A DNA stretch of 61,398 nucleotides, filler included, from Choristocarpus tenellus KU-1152 (GCA_964200185.2; 15 parts of 15 records of this genome joined end to end with filler, not necessarily neighbours in it), one strand, 5' to 3'; numbered from the whole stretch's first letter, positions 14,015 through 27,839 are shown. The notes: generated from the sequence alone by a model not told the origin. Program-made: numbers and translations.

Positions 14015-14334
14015 TCTGTTACAGGCGAATAGCGCGAGCATTTCTTCCTGTATTTCAACAAAGTTTGAGCATTTGTTACCCGCGAATAGCGCGAGCATTT
14101 TCTCTTCATGTGTTAGGAAATACGAACATTTGTAACAGACATATAGTGCGAAGATTGTCTCTCGAGTTCTGACAAGTGCGAACTATATACGATATTAGTA
14201 ACACATAGGTAACCTTAAAGAATAAGTGATTATTTTAAGGAGACGCAGAGTAAGATTCGGAATACCTACGTAACATTACAGAGGAAAATGTCAAAGTCAC
14301 TAAGAAGTTCAAGAATAGAGGCTTATGGTTGGAG
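14015..14334. repeat. Dispersed repeat, second copy at 22645-22960
   Basis: Highly similar ~310-bp blocks, each with an internal duplication of GCGAATAGCGCGAGCATTT. Confidence 0.85.
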
Positions 14335-14434
14335 NNNNNNNNNNNNNNNNNNNNNNNNNNNNNNNNNNNNNNNNNNNNTTAATTAATTAANNNNNNNNNN
14401 NNNNNNNNNNNNNNNNNNNNNNNNNNNNNNNNNN

Positions 14435-14499
14435 TCGTGACATGAAAAACATGCCCCCAAATGGACAGCCACCACCCCCCCCCCTAGATACTTTGAGCC
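14435..14499. mobile_element. MITE family B end at contig start
   Basis: CCCCAAATGGACAGCC...poly-C...AGATACTTTGAGCC. Confidence 0.8.
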
Positions 14500-14589
14500 T
14501 GATGTGGACTTCATCAGGCACACTAAATTATTCTCTATAAAGCAAACATAATTTCCTCCTATACTGCTACTGATTCTGTAAACAGGTAA

Positions 14590-14930
14590 GTACTATACCA
14601 TCTCCTATCGGCTGGAGACAAACTGGTGCAGACTGATTGTGAGAGCATTGAAACGGGATTACGAAAAATATATAGTATAAGGTCTCTTTTCCGTGGGATA
14701 TGTTGTGCTACTGGATGATGAGCGACTCGCTAAGATCTTGATGTTCAGGGAGTCTGCAGGCCAGAAACGAAAAGCCTGGTGATCAGGAGAAGAATGGCTA
14801 GAGATACCTCACTAGTAACTTTACAAGGCGATTCTGATGGAAGGTCGATGTGGATATGTGGCAAATCAATCGCAATGAAAAAATTGTGTGGTAGGCTGCC
14901 GAAGCCAAGCATTTGGAGGGACTACTTCCA
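14590..14930 (+). mobile_element. RTE-like LINE, 3' relic
   Basis: Degenerate GYVVLLDDERLAKILMFRE resembles the RTE C-terminal GHV.RM...RLPK..MFGE motif. Confidence 0.55.
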
Positions 14931-15018
14931 GAAAGTTGAAAAATGCCAAGATCACCTGAAAATGTGTAAAAATATATACTTCAAAGTATATCAGTAGCCA
15001 ATATGGAAGAGTGGACAA

Positions 15019-15197
15019 GGCTCAAAGTATCTGGGCGGGGGGGGGGGTCTACACCAGAGTGTCCATTAGGGCCCTGATCAGGAAAAGTGTACTTACATTA
15101 TCCATCCGATGCACGGAACCAATCACCAAAAAATCGCGACATGTAAAAAATTGGCCCAGATTGGACAGCCGCCACACCCCCCCAGATACTTTGAGCC
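15019..15197. mobile_element. MITE family B, complete (179 bp)
   Basis: TIR GGCTCAAAGTATCTGGG...CCCAGATACTTTGAGCC with an ACAA/ACAA target-site duplication. Confidence 0.92.
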
Positions 15198-17785
15198 ACA
15201 AAGTTACCATTGCAAAATTGTGAAAGCGGTGCTTACCAAGCAGATACTTGGGTTTGGAATATGATGTCATAATTTAAGGACTGGATGAGCAGACATTATT
15301 CCCGTGAATTTGGTGATGGTGCAATTTTGCCATTGCTAAAGCTGGGGCATATGGAGATGTGTGTTCTGAACTGGTTTCGTTCCCCCCCCCCCATTTTTCT
15401 TCCGCCTTTGTTCTACTTAACCATGATGATATGTCTTATATTGATGAAATGACAAATATCTCCTTTCTAGTTGGACCCCTCTGGACGGAGAATGTGTGTA
15501 ATACAGTGTTGGTGATTATGTCGTTGAACTCTCAAGATAATTTTTTGGCAAATTCAAGGTATTGGTCCAGAGGTCCAAAAAGAAATTGATCTTCAGGAAA
15601 TGAAAAACCACACAACCACAGGAAAAAAAAAAAGTTGACATTTTGGCATCCACACCATTGACTTCTCTCACCCCGGCATCATTGGGGTTATCCCCAAGGG
15701 GAGAGCTGTAGTGATTTGGGCAACCAGATGTACTTTCCACAGTGCGCTGCTGGGTAGTTCCAGACCCACTGAATTTTTAGCAAACAAACGTAAGTAGAGA
15801 TTGCCCGGATTGAGGTTGGGTGCAGAAACAAGCGGTGCATCCAGATGGGGTTGGTGAGGAGCTTGGTTCGAGAGGACGGAGATGAGGAATGTAGGCGGTG
15901 GAGGGGGTCAAATATGCAGAACAGTAATATTGCTAGTCTCTAGGTCGTCTCTCCAGCAACGATCCTATCGAATTGTAGTACCCTAAGCAGCACTTGTCCC
16001 GATATACTGTGGAAGGTTTGTTTTGATATATTCCAAAAAGAAGACTGAAATAAGTCACCAAACGATCTAGATGCAAGAAAAATGCAGCCTTGCAATAACA
16101 ACAACAACGGTCCTAACCCTACTTGAATTATATACCTGGTGACGCATACCTAATATAATACATACCTGGCGCAAGATGTAGGTTGGCATTTGAAGTACAA
16201 GACAACAGCATACATCAAGCAGGGAAGGAACTTATTGTTCGTGTGTGTTTGCATATACATAGTCCCAATAGAATGCTACAACTACCATTCTATTTCCTCG
16301 CTTGTGCAGGTCCCTCTCTTCTTTTATTTTTTGTCCATAATATGCTGAGAACTTGGTGGTTTGGGATATGTGTCCATGCCTTTCTACAGCCAAATAAAGA
16401 CAGATATAGATATGGTAGTACCTTGAAAGTACCACAGGGATACAATAGAGTCCTGCAAGCATCATTTGGAACTAAGACGGTTGCTTGAAACAGGGGAACG
16501 GCTTAGTGTACTGATCTTCTAACTGAAAGGGAAATTGAGCGCTGTGAATTAAAGCAATTGAGTCAGCTCAATGATGACGAGGTACCATTCCGTCTGATTT
16601 TATGACAACGGCAGGGGAAATAGTGACAGGGAGGCAAATGATGAAATTATTTCCACGTGCCTTTGGGATCACGTGGGACATATTTTCAGTGGGCCAGCCC
16701 AACCATCTTGACCAGGTTGGTCTGCTTAAATTATCTTTTCGTCCGTGGCTGTCAAATCTTCATTGTGATTAGTGTGAGAGTCGATTCGATACCGAGATGT
16801 TGTGACAGGACTGGTCATTGACTGCAAATTCGACATGGCCAGCTCATGGGCTAGCCTGTGGCCGATATATTCATTCTAACAGGGACAATCCATGACCATC
16901 AACTGCTTAAACTTGCCCGAGTGACCATCCAACCTGCAGGCATGGCCTGGGTCCCAGCCGTACTAACTGTCCAGACTGATAAATTGCCTGCAATATTTCG
17001 ATTTTGGACTCAGCAAAGATTCTAGCACCTCCCCAACACCTCTGTCACCATGAGTGCACCCTAAGACTCCTGAAGATATTGAGGGTGAGGACCTAGATGA
17101 ATATGTGTAAGCAAGTGTGGGCCCCTAGCTATGTATGCCTTGTGAGTAAAAAAATTAAGGTTGATACGCAGAACACTGTTCAGTGATCCCTGGATGATGG
17201 TGATGCAACAAGAGCATGTTTGGTTTGATGATGTACATAGTTCAGAGCTTGTGCATTTGTGCTGGTGTTGTGATCTCTACATTGAAAAGAATAGCAAAGC
17301 ACAAGGGGATGCAAGCAGGGGTGCATATACTCCACGATCATTGCACGCATACATCCACTTACTCCAATGTGTACCTAAGGGATTCCTTGAACAGACAAGC
17401 AATAATAGTAGGATTAAACTGATGGAGCTATAATACGACCATCGGTTTATTCCTAGGAGGTGATTGGTTAGCTGCTTCAAATAATCCCCTCAAACTCCAC
17501 TGGTGCTGTCTACGTGTATTGAAGCACCTGATCTGAACGGGCAGCGTAGGCAGCCACAGGGTACACGTGGGAGCAGCTACTGGGTATGTATGTGTGCACC
17601 AGGACCCAGATACGGAATAAAATTCTACCCCCCGGCCTGCAGCAAGCTTAATGGATATAGAGATGGAAATTATTGCCACTCTGGAGGGTGAGCACAGAGT
17701 GCAGGAAATGATAGGCACATCTGACATGATACAGTGCCATTCACACACTGCTCATTCTGCGGTGGGGCAGGCCCACCACAAGAGA

Positions 17786-17862
17786 GGCCCAAAGTATCTG
17801 GGGGGGGGGGGGGGCTGTCCATTTTGGGTCCATTTTTTCATTTCACCATTTTTGGGTGTTTT
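17786..17862. mobile_element. MITE family B, truncated
   Basis: GGCCCAAAGTATCT followed by poly-G at the contig end. Confidence 0.8.
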
Positions 17863-17975
17863 NNNNNNNNNNNNNNNNNNNNNNNNNNNNNNNNNNNNNN
17901 NNNNNNTTAATTAATTAANNNNNNNNNNNNNNNNNNNNNNNNNNNNNNNNNNNNNNNNNNNNGGGAATGACTCAC

Positions 17976-18331
17976 GTTACCAGCCATACTGCATTATCCT
18001 TGAACTTTGACGACGTACTAACAACCCCAGTGTAGAGCCCATGTCCCTCAAAGTTTTTCGCTGCCAAGCTTCCATCCCTCACCACCTCCTTAACCTGGTC
18101 CTTGACCTTACTCACTCGGCCCTTGCTCTTCTTTGTGGGTGGCTCTTTCGAGAGAAGGACGGGAGGCATTGTCCTCTTTCCTGCCTCGCCGGGGCTTCTC
18201 TTGCAGGAGGCGTTGCCCCTTCCACTCGATGGAGTTGAGGGCGCAGAGCGCCTGGTGTTTGGTGTGCCCCCCGCCTCACGAGAACCCTTCTGCTTCTTGG
18301 GCGTGGAAGAGCATGACTTCGCTTCAGACAT
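17976..18331 (-). CDS. Exon with basic low-complexity N-terminus and Tudor-like (PTM/DIR17-type) domain
   Basis: MSEAKS...GSLAAKNFEGHGLYTGVV...VWLVT then a GTGAGT donor; resembles the vAKxFxGxGxyxGxV Tudor-like motif. Confidence 0.55.
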
Positions 18332-18414
18332 CGTACTGCCCTTGCCCTGGGTGAGAAGAAGGGCTCGCACACAGCACACGATTGGGTGTTGTCACGCTTT
18401 GGCAGGGACCTCAC

Positions 18415-18765
18415 TTTTTTGGGAGGGGGGGGGGGGTGGGATGGTGGCAGTCCGTTTGGAGCTAAATTTTTCATATTGCGATTTTTTGTGTGATTTGGTT
18501 CCATACGTTCGATGGATAATAAAAGCGCACTTTTCATGCTGTTGGTCCAAATGGACACTTTGGTGAAGACCCCCCCCCCTCCCCCCCCCCCCCCCCCCCC
18601 CCCACCTGGCCGCCCGTCCCCCCCCCCCGGCCCGCCTGACCGCAGCACTCCACNNNNNNNNNNTTTTTATGAGAAAAAGACGCCGTGTTTTTTGTCTTTT
18701 CGCCATTGTGTCCCTTTTGGTGCGCCCCCCCCCCCCCCCCCCCCCCCCCCAGATACTTTGGGTTG
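18415..18765. mobile_element. Degenerate MITE family B pieces
   Basis: Poly-G/poly-C tracts, B-like internal sequence and a CCCAGATACTTTGGG end. Confidence 0.65.
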
Positions 18766-21102
18766 GGGGCGCGCGCACGACTGTGACCTTACGTGTAAGA
18801 CTTATAATTAGCAGCGTGCACACATCGAAACAAATCTAAAAAGGTCAAAGCGGGGTATCGAAACCTGCATCTTGAAAAAAAAAAAGATAAAATCAACAAC
18901 CATCGAGACACCTCTCTTCCGCCGGGGCGAGGAAACAACAAAGAGAGTGAGAGAAAAAAAAAAGGANNNNNNNNNNATAAAATCAACAACCATCGAGACA
19001 CCTCTCTTCCGCCGGGGCGTGACAGTTACGATCGGTTTGCGAGTGTCACGTTCCAACAGTGGCATCTCAATGACGTATCGTAATGCTACACTAAATCAAG
19101 GATACATAAAAAAAAAGTGGGCGTTCGACGGGAGTCGGGATTCGAGACACAGTTCCTTCCTGTAGTTGAAGTGCGAACTGCGGCATCGACCAATCAAAGA
19201 TACTGTCTCCGCCCCCCACAAATTTAAATCTGTACGTACATAAACACATGTTCTCGTATCCTGCAGCATATTCTTTTAAAATATTATATTTAGTTTTTTG
19301 CTTGCGTGGGCAGGGTCATCGCCCAGGATAACTCAGACAACATCCTAAACCATAGATCAGATGGTGAATACACCAAGTTTTGGATTACCATCGCCTACTA
19401 CTGTAGCATTGTACAGACATGAAGGTAAAAGTTATTACGCCACAAGCAGGGTATTCACTTGTGAGCTATGGTACAAGCTGCCACGAACGTGAACAGAGTA
19501 TAGCACATAACATAGTAAGGAGGTTTAACAAAACACTTTGAGAATGTGTTACCTCTGTCCTGGTAATAAACGCCTTACAATAAATTTATACGGACATGGG
19601 AGTATCGAGGCAGTCAGGAGGGGGGAGCGGTCACAAACGGGGGGCATGACGTGCCTGGGTACCCTGGGGGGAAAAAGACGAAGCACTAAGGGAATGCTAT
19701 GAATTTTTATTTTTGTAGTATGTCGTACTGGCTCATCTTCCAGGGTGAAAATAACTTCAACCAGCTGGTTCAAGACGCCTGCAAAATTTAGGCAGAACGT
19801 ATATTGGAGAACAATCGGTACGGAGGGAAATGGGAAAAGGTATCATACCCTACATAATATATCCAGGGGAACTAAGCCCACAAAGAAGAGAGCAACTGGG
19901 AAGGAGGGATGGAAAGGTCGGATTTTCCTATTTGTTCTTATTCGTATTGCTCTCCATGCCATAACAAGCGGTTGGGTTTGGGGCAATTTCCTCCTTCAAA
20001 ATTCTTAGTGGGCCTAGCTTGCCTAGGAGAGGTTAGATCTTATCAATCCCTCCAATCTCCTTGCTTGACAGTGGTAATGTAGGGACTACAGGCACATCGA
20101 TATACCAACATTCACATCGCAAAAATGGACACAGAAAAGAACGCAACCATTTTTGTCCAGTTTGGGATATTGATACTCACACAGGGAAGAAACGTGTAAG
20201 TAGTATGTGTGCTTTGTAAGTAATTCTGCCTCTCATTGCATCTGTTCTAAAAAAGGCTCAACAACACAGAAAAAATATGGGGGGAGATGGCGAGAGCATT
20301 TTCGTGCTAACAAGTATGTGGCAACATCGTTTGATTTTTTGATCTCATCAAAAGATGAGATACTTTGCAGCACTGCCATAATTTCTAAACAGGAAAAGAG
20401 AGGATTGACCCATTGTGCAACTGGGTAGTGCAAACTCAGCTACATAGGTGCATATTCCCTGGAGGAATGTTGTCCCAGAAAGGAGACACTTGTGGATATA
20501 AGGAGGGAAACTAATGAAAGGAGAGGAGTGGCGTGAACATATTACCGCCACCTTTTCTCACTGCCTTCTTTCCAATTGCTTTTAGCAGAGGCTCCTGTCT
20601 GGGGTGCCCTTTGACATGGTGGTGATGGCGACGTATTTCTCGTCTCACTCTTACAAAATAAAAAACAGAAATGTCTTGGGGTGGATATTGGAGAACAACA
20701 CAAGGCAATTGTGGAGTTAGGGCCCATAGCTGCGAACTGAAAAAGAAGATAAAGCAGTGGCGAGAGGGCACCAATGCTACGAGGGAGAGAGAGAGAGAGA
20801 GAGATGCGGAATGAGTAATACCAGGCGAGAAGTATTGTCGATTTAATTTGGTTAGTGATATCCAAGTGTAAATAGGGGTGCCGACCTTCCGTAGCTTGGT
20901 CATCCTTAGGGATGGTAAACTTTACCAAATATCCTATAGAATCGCCCTTTACGATGTTGAAGCACAAGGGATGATCTCGATGTGGTTGCTGTTGTTTAAA
21001 AAAACATTTGGTTTTTAGGGGAGGAACGAGCCCGGATGTGTGCAAATGAACATTACACCTGCTGAGCAAGTGAAATCCCCAACAACCTCTTTCAAGGTGC
21101 AC

Positions 21103-21294
21103 CTGGAGATTAATGGCTTTGTTGAGGGCTTCTTCCTCAAAAAACTGACTCGGTTCCCCAACAAACTCCACCTCCCACTGTTTTGGACTGGAATCTGTTG
21201 TGGGCAGAAATTTCTTGACCAACCCGTCGTATATCTTCCCTTTGGTCTCTTTCGCCACTCGTCGTCCGACGTACCTCTCCTTGAAGGTTGGCAT
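21103..21294 (-). CDS. Tudor-like (PTM/DIR17-type) domain ORF
   Basis: MPTFKERYVGRRVAKETKGKIYDGLVKKF...QWEVEFVGEPSQFFEEEALNKAI, inside ORF 20542-21363. Confidence 0.6.
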
Positions 21295-21989
21295 AGTCGG
21301 CGAAGGGGTGCAAGCAATCAGCGAAGGAGCGCAGCAACAGAAGGGTGAAAACCGGTGGGCCATCGCTATCCGGATCTTGGATGTCCCTTACAGATCCGCG
21401 AAACGTTAACCCTCGTAGATTCTTCCAAACTCGGTATATCAAATCTATCAACGCTCGAAGGTGACGTCTCACCTCGGAAGCCATACTGCACATGGGCCTT
21501 CTGCTCCTTCTCGTTCGCCTTACGAGTACAAGTAAGGTAAGGTCCCACTCCCTTGAATTTGATCTTTCGATTTATTACCAACTTCATATTGGTTGAACGT
21601 GCATTTCCTGTCACCTACAACAAATTTCAATATTTTTGTTTTTTGTAGTGAAATCCCTACTCTATGATTCATACACTTTCGAGATTTCGAATTCGAGTGA
21701 GATACCCACCAAAATGGCTAGGAAGGGGTCCCAAACGTCGCCATTTTTTGAAATGCGTATGGCAAGTAAAAGTATGCATAGACACACAGAAAGAGGAAGC
21801 GCCCTGATGGATTCAGAGAGGTTGCGATCATGGATTTTCTTGTAGGCAGTAGGAGGAAAGACATTATGGGCAAGAAGGGGACTTGAAACGAGTTGGTGGC
21901 ATGTTCAGAGTCTCCTAAAATAACATCAAGAGGCTATCATTATGGAGGCGTTACAGGCAGAAGAAGAAGGACTAGGGCATTGTTGGTGC

Positions 21990-22250
21990 TGACCTCAACT
22001 CACTACAGAAGAAGAAGGGGAATAGCGACCAGAAAGGCATAATATGACCGAACGTCAGGAGGCTGTGAAAGCTATCCCAATCAGGAATAACATAGGACAC
22101 TGTGTTCATTGTCGATGCAGTTAGTTGGGCATCCATAGAGTCACATTTCACATAAATCTCAAGCAGCTTGGTCTAAGGAGCTGCTTGACTCACATTAAGC
22201 CGCTGTTCAGAGATAAGACTAAACAATGAACAGGTGAGGCTGGATTGGGC
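21990..22250 (+). mobile_element. Tc1/mariner transposase N-terminal relic
   Basis: Frameshifted AVKAIP...LGI.RVTFHINLKQLGLRSCLTHIKPLF resembles the HTH-IKPLL region of plant/oomycete mariner transposases. Confidence 0.55.
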
Positions 22251-22644
22251 TACAGATCAGGCACACAGGAAATCCAATAGGTCCAAGAGCTTATACATGC
22301 TAGAAGGTTTCCATGAAACCCAGTCGCTTGACAACCAGCCCAAGATACTCTTGGAAGTGTAAAGGGAGTGTTCAACTCAAAAAAATTTTTTTTAACAGGT
22401 TCCAATGGGCTGAAGCAGTTATCATCAATCTTACATTGTGATACATTCTTATCAACCTTATATATATATATATTGAGACAAAGGTAGTAGTAGATCTGCA
22501 ACAATAGTATAATAGTAGTAGTGTAATACCTCTGGTGTAAACTCCAGAATAGTTAGTAGTAGTACCTGGTACTACGAATACTACTATCTTAAGTGCTTGA
22601 AACATGAAGAAACAAAGCTTGGCCAACATGGAATTGGGTGTCAT

Positions 22645-22960
22645 TGTTCCAGGCGAATAGCTCGAGCGTTTCTTCTTGTGTTCCAACGAAGTGCGAGCAT
22701 TTGTTACACGCGAATAGCGCGAGCATTTTCTCCTCATGTTTTAGGAAATACGAACATTTGTGACAGACGTAGAGTGTGAGGATTGTTTCTCGTGTTCTAA
22801 CAAGTACGAACTATATACGATATTAGTAACACATAGGTAGCCTTACAGAAAAATGATTTCGTAGAAGATGTAGAGTAAGATTTCGGAATACCTACGTAAC
22901 ATTACAGAAGAAAATGTCAAAGTCACTAAGAAGTTGAAGAATAAAGGTTTAAGATTGGAG
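22645..22960. repeat. Dispersed repeat, copy of 14015-14334
   Basis: Direct sequence similarity to 14015-14334. Confidence 0.85.
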
Positions 22961-23289
22961 TACCTATAGAGCAGTTGATAGAAGACCAAAGAAATTGGGT
23001 GGATGATGAAAATAAATAGAGGGGTTTTGGTAAGAACACCTTGACCCCACTTATGACCAGTCCTTAATCTTTTTACCTTGAACGAAACTTTGAGTCGAGC
23101 TTTGAGCTAAGCACTGAGTGGAATATCAAGAAGAGAAGGACATCTGACACCCAACAAACTGTTGTAAAGGGCAACGACCTCATAGCGTCGTTTTAAGGTC
23201 GTTGGATTTGAGTTGTACATCCTGTGGAGTTGAGTTCTGAGGGGCGCCTGTAACATCATATCTAAGGGGTTTCAAAATCTGACACCAAT

Positions 23290-23549
23290 GAGTGAAAGTA
23301 TCTTAGAGGGTACGAGTTTTGCCCTGTTTGTCCGTTTGAGAGTTGCCTTCCCATGGGGTTTTTTATGACATTATCGTACTCCAAATTTTTCCGAAGTAGG
23401 TAGAATGTATGTGCTATGAAAATGTGTGACAGGAACAAGGACATTGACACTTCCTAACAAATACGATAGCCAAAATTACATCGAAATCGCAACGTTGGAA
23501 TTTGTTCCTCAAATGGACGCGGCTCTACCCTCTTAAGATACTTTGGCTC
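23290..23549. mobile_element. MITE family A
   Basis: GAGTGAAAGTATCTTAGAGGG...AAGATACTTTGGCTC, flanks CAAT/CAAA. Confidence 0.9.
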
Positions 23550-24340
23550 CAAAACAGAGCAGGAAAAGCGTAGGATAAGAGTACTTATCGCAACCGCTAC
23601 ACAAAATCTACATCTCTAGAGCTAATTTTTTTCTTTTCAGTTTACCCCTATCTGTTGGTGTACCACGTAGAAACGTGTGGGAAACCCCAAAACGAGATGG
23701 TGAGGCTCATTTTGACAATATATGCCACAGGGGTTCCAGCGCAAGATTCGACAATTGGCGGGATGGCTGGACCAGATGCCCGAGAAGCAAGGGATAAACT
23801 GAAGTAGTGCAATCACTCATACTGCAATAGTTAGTTTCAGAGGTAGGTACTATGGCAAGTTTAAAGTAGTGAAGTGTGCCATGTGTCTAGCGATGGACCT
23901 GGATGACCTTGGAGCTATAAAGCGACAAAAAGTAACAAAATTAAAATTCATCTATAATTTATCCTGGAGCTAGGGACCAAGCTCAACCCTACCTAACCCT
24001 GGCCCATGATCAGAGGCACTACACACTGCGCTTCATTAATGACATTAACAACAAGCCAGCTGTTGAATTACAATTGTTGATTGCACTACCTACACTGTGC
24101 ACGCCTTGCATTTTTTCTTGGGGGTTAAGCCATCTCACTGGTCATCGCTCCACCCCCTCTCTTGAATCTTGTCCAATGCTTGCCTTGTTGCAATGAAGCC
24201 TTGCCACAATGACTCAGGTTTTAAACTTTCGTTTCAATGTGCTACAATTGTGGTTCATCAAAGAAATAAAACTTCTCTGAAAGGAAAAGCTGAACTCGAC
24301 AGGGCTTGAACCTGTTAAAAAAAAATTCGAAAGCTGATCA

Positions 24341-24574
24341 GGCTCAAAGTATCTGGGGGGGGTGTGGGGGGTCTACATCAGNNNNNNNNNNNNNNNNNNN
24401 NNNNNNNNNNNNNNNNNNNNNNNNNTTAATTAATTAANNNNNNNNNNNNNNNNNNNNNNNNNNNNNNNNNNNNNNNNNNNNACGTGCGGGAGTTGAAATA
24501 ACAGAAAAAAAAATAGTTGTTTGACCCAAATGGATGCCCCCTCACACCCCCCCCCCCCCCAGATACTTCGACCC
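24341..24574. mobile_element. MITE B-type ends on both sides of a linker
   Basis: GGCTCAAAGTATCTGGGG at 24341-24381 and ...CCCAGATACTTCGACCC at 24482-24574; the two ends are on different contigs. Confidence 0.75.
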
Positions 24575-24579
24575 ATCTC

Positions 24580-24714
24580 TTGGTGTGTGGAAAGGGAGAA
24601 TAACTTTTTTGCATTCACTATTACGCACATAAAGTAGTGAAATAGAGTGCATTGCACAGGGTAAGAATGATGGCTTAGGGTGCAAAGGGGTCCAAACTTG
24701 CCTACCTCTCAATT
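24580..24714 (+). repeat. Repeat family D (putative hAT-type non-autonomous element)
   Basis: Homologous to 56650-56783 and to the reverse of 29250-29430. Confidence 0.65.
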
Positions 24715-26673
24715 GATTTGGCTCAGATGAAATTTGGAGATCTGCACTTTGTGGTTGCCATCTTCTTTTCCACTCTTCGAAGGCCTCCAAGAAACTTGTT
24801 TGGGCTTGGTTACTTGCTCATTGCCCCAATGACAACACGTTTCATGTCGGAGATGGCACCGGTTCCAATATAAAATATAAATTCTAACGAATGGACTGTA
24901 TGAAGCTGCCATATTGTTGGCAAACTCAGCCATTTTAATACCTGCTTCATTGTTTATAGCTCCATCTGACGATTGGAGTTTATATGAGACATATATTTGC
25001 CGGTCCAATCTTCAATAGCGGTAAATCGGGCACCAGGGCTAGTGCAGAAGGTTAGGCTCCTACCTAAAGCAGAAGTGTTCCAAAACGCTCCTCAACTTAC
25101 CTTCCACGACATGTTTACCTTCAATCTGCGAGCCTGTAGATGACGTTGCACATACAAGGCACCCGTGATGTATCAACAACCTGATTACCAGTGGAGATGA
25201 TGGTTGCCAGGTTAACAGATGAAGGTATAGTTACTCTCAGGGCAAGTATCATGACAATGAATCAGAACTGACAACGTGGGTGGATGTTATCCACAAAAAA
25301 AAATCTGAAAAGGTCCAGCTTTCAGCAATCGTAATTCAACTGAAAAATATTGCTTTATTCCTAAGTTGCAGATTTTCCACTGCAACTATATAGTGAATCG
25401 AACATTCCCTTTTGGGTTGCCTGTGTAAATACTTTCTGCTTGCACTGACCAGAGCTTGAGAAGCAGTAGATATGCTAATCGCCTGTAACAGAAGAGGGAT
25501 TGACAACTCCCAATTCGGAATAAACTGATCAAGGAGGCGGTCTGACACTAATATGATGGGACGGTTTGACTTGGTTGGTGTAAATAGTAGTGTGTGGGTG
25601 CACCCTCATACTTCACTAGTTGAAAAGTGATTGGAAAGCATAAGAGGACATAATCATGAGGGGGGCATCCATTCACCCCCTGGGTGTCCATCACGCCATT
25701 ACTCAAGGGAATATTTTCCCTTGGGGAACACTGAAGAACAAGTTGAGTAGGGTAAGTCTACTCATATCTGAAAATATCAGTAGACCCTGGTTGTTGTTTA
25801 AGTCATGATGGTCATTGCTTTGAGCACCTTGTTGCCGCAATTCCCTCCTCTTCCGCCTTCCCTTCCAGTACATTCGTATCCATCAAAACGACAATTTTAT
25901 CCTGATGAGTATCTGTTGCAACAGGGTGTGCCGTGTCTCCGAGAAAATGCCTCTTCTTATCTCCGTGAAACCTTTCTGTGGGGCAAAGAATGTAATTGCC
26001 CTAGAATTAATTCCCTGCCATGAGATACCAATACTCATAACCAAATCTTGTATGTTCTCCCTCTCTCTCTCTCGCAGGCTGTCCACTGTTTCAAGATCGA
26101 CTAATTCACCAACAATCCCATTGTGAGAGTGCAATCGGTACCTTGACTTCCGCTAAAAAAAAGCTGTATTTCTACAGCTGATGGCGTCCCAATAAAAAGT
26201 GCTATTGGTCTAAAATCGTCCCAGAACGTTCGAGGGCATATTCTCCATCTTGCCTTTTTTGGAGGCCAATAACTCCCACCCACAAGCTCAAGCCCCCTTT
26301 GATATTACGTTGGACCTACCCCGTTTTTGCCGTTTCTTCCATGATTAGCATATTTCAGGTAGCCACCTTCATTTCTCCGTTTCGAGATTTTTGGTGTCTC
26401 TATCACCTTGCGCCCCGTAAGTTGTATGGCGTTTGGGATGATTCCCCCTTCCTTATGGAGATTTCTCTAGTTTCTTCCACGCTTTGCCTGTGCCAGATCT
26501 GTGAATGTCTTATTTCCCACGTCATACACACTACCATCCACAAAAAACGGTCAACGACCGGTCCTTCTTTCGTTTATCCAGGGGTCGTTTTCTAGAAGGA
26601 CTGGAAGAACCAGACTCATGTCAGGGTATCAAAACAGAATTCTGTGGTTCCAACGCCAGACTTCTTTTCAGCG

Positions 26674-26990
26674 AAATTTGGTTCTCCATAGATAGTCCAT
26701 AGTCCATCTGGCCACCAGAACCAATCGAAATTGTACACCTCTATCAATATAAAGATATATAGCATGAGGTCAAATCTGATTTTCCATAGATACTCTATAG
26801 TCTGTGTGACCAGCATTACGGATCGGAATTGTGTTGTTTGTATTAACGATCAGTATATAGGTATGTAGTATGAGACCAAATCTGGTTTCCATCGATAGTC
26901 CAAAGTCTGTCTAATCACCACAATCGATCGGAATTGTACAACTGTATTTTTTGTCCTTTCGGTCAATATAGAGATATGTAGTATGATTTC
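26674..26990 (+). repeat. Three degenerate ~100-bp tandem units
   Basis: AAAT(C/T)TG..TTCCATAGATA...ATCG(G/A)AATTGT...TAG(T/C)ATGA recurs three times. Confidence 0.75.
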
Positions 26991-27839
26991 TTTCTTGAGA
27001 TAAATAACCAAAGTCAATGATCTGTGGTAGTTATAACCTCAACACCTTTGCGGTGGAAAGTTTTGGGCGCCTCGGCAAGCAAGCGGAAAGCTTCNNNNNN
27101 NNNNNNNNNNNNNNNNNNNNNNNNNNNNNNNNNNNNNNTTAATTAATTAANNNNNNNNNNNNNNNNNNNNNNNNNNNNNNNNNNNNNNNNNNNNCAAATC
27201 TAGAACTTCAATGTCATAATGGTGTTTATGAAACCGCCATCAAGACATATCACCTGTGACCTAACTCTCCCGACCTCAATATCATGGACCTGTGTGCTTC
27301 TTCAGGTCTTTGAAATGCCGAGGAGATGTGAAGGTCATTAAGAAAACCGTATAAGGAGTATGATGAAAACATAATACTCGAAAGGGCTTGGCAGCTCCGT
27401 TTTGTGGTGTATTTTAAATTACTTAGATACAAAGGGGAAAATGGCTTCAGTGTGGAGCACACCGGGGTAAGGAAAAGGCAGTTGTTTGGTGAGCTTGAAA
27501 ACACGCTGAAGGTAGACATAGAGGTTTTGTCCGTGGCTGATAAAATTATGATGGACGGGGAGTAGTAACAATACAAAGAGCTGGCCCTAACCAGAAATTC
27601 GTCAAGGATTCCAAATATTTCAGAAATGAGTTTCAACATCTTCAAACGTTATGGACAACGCGGCACAGACTTATGGCACGGAGGTACTAGTAGTGTGAAA
27701 CAACGCATAGATTAGAAATGGTAAGACTTTGAATGGGTGTTTTCTTAATTTCTTTCAACGTTCACGATATCATATTGCAAACCAATCCACATTTTTTTAT
27801 ACCACGAGAAAATATTGTTCCATAGCAATTACCATTTAG

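Noticed and set aside
16158-16175. ATACATACCTGG resembling the U1 snRNA 5' end
   Set aside because: No U1 stem-loops or Sm site follow; more likely a minus-strand splice donor.
18886-19019. 43-bp direct repeat
   Set aside because: It straddles a 10-N gap, so probably a scaffolding overlap artefact.
24295-24314. tRNA B-box-like GGTTCAAGCCC on the minus strand
   Set aside because: No cloverleaf or A box is identifiable.
26674-26990. Possible CRISPR-like array
   Set aside because: Whole ~100-bp units are similar with no unique spacers; eukaryotic context and no cas genes.
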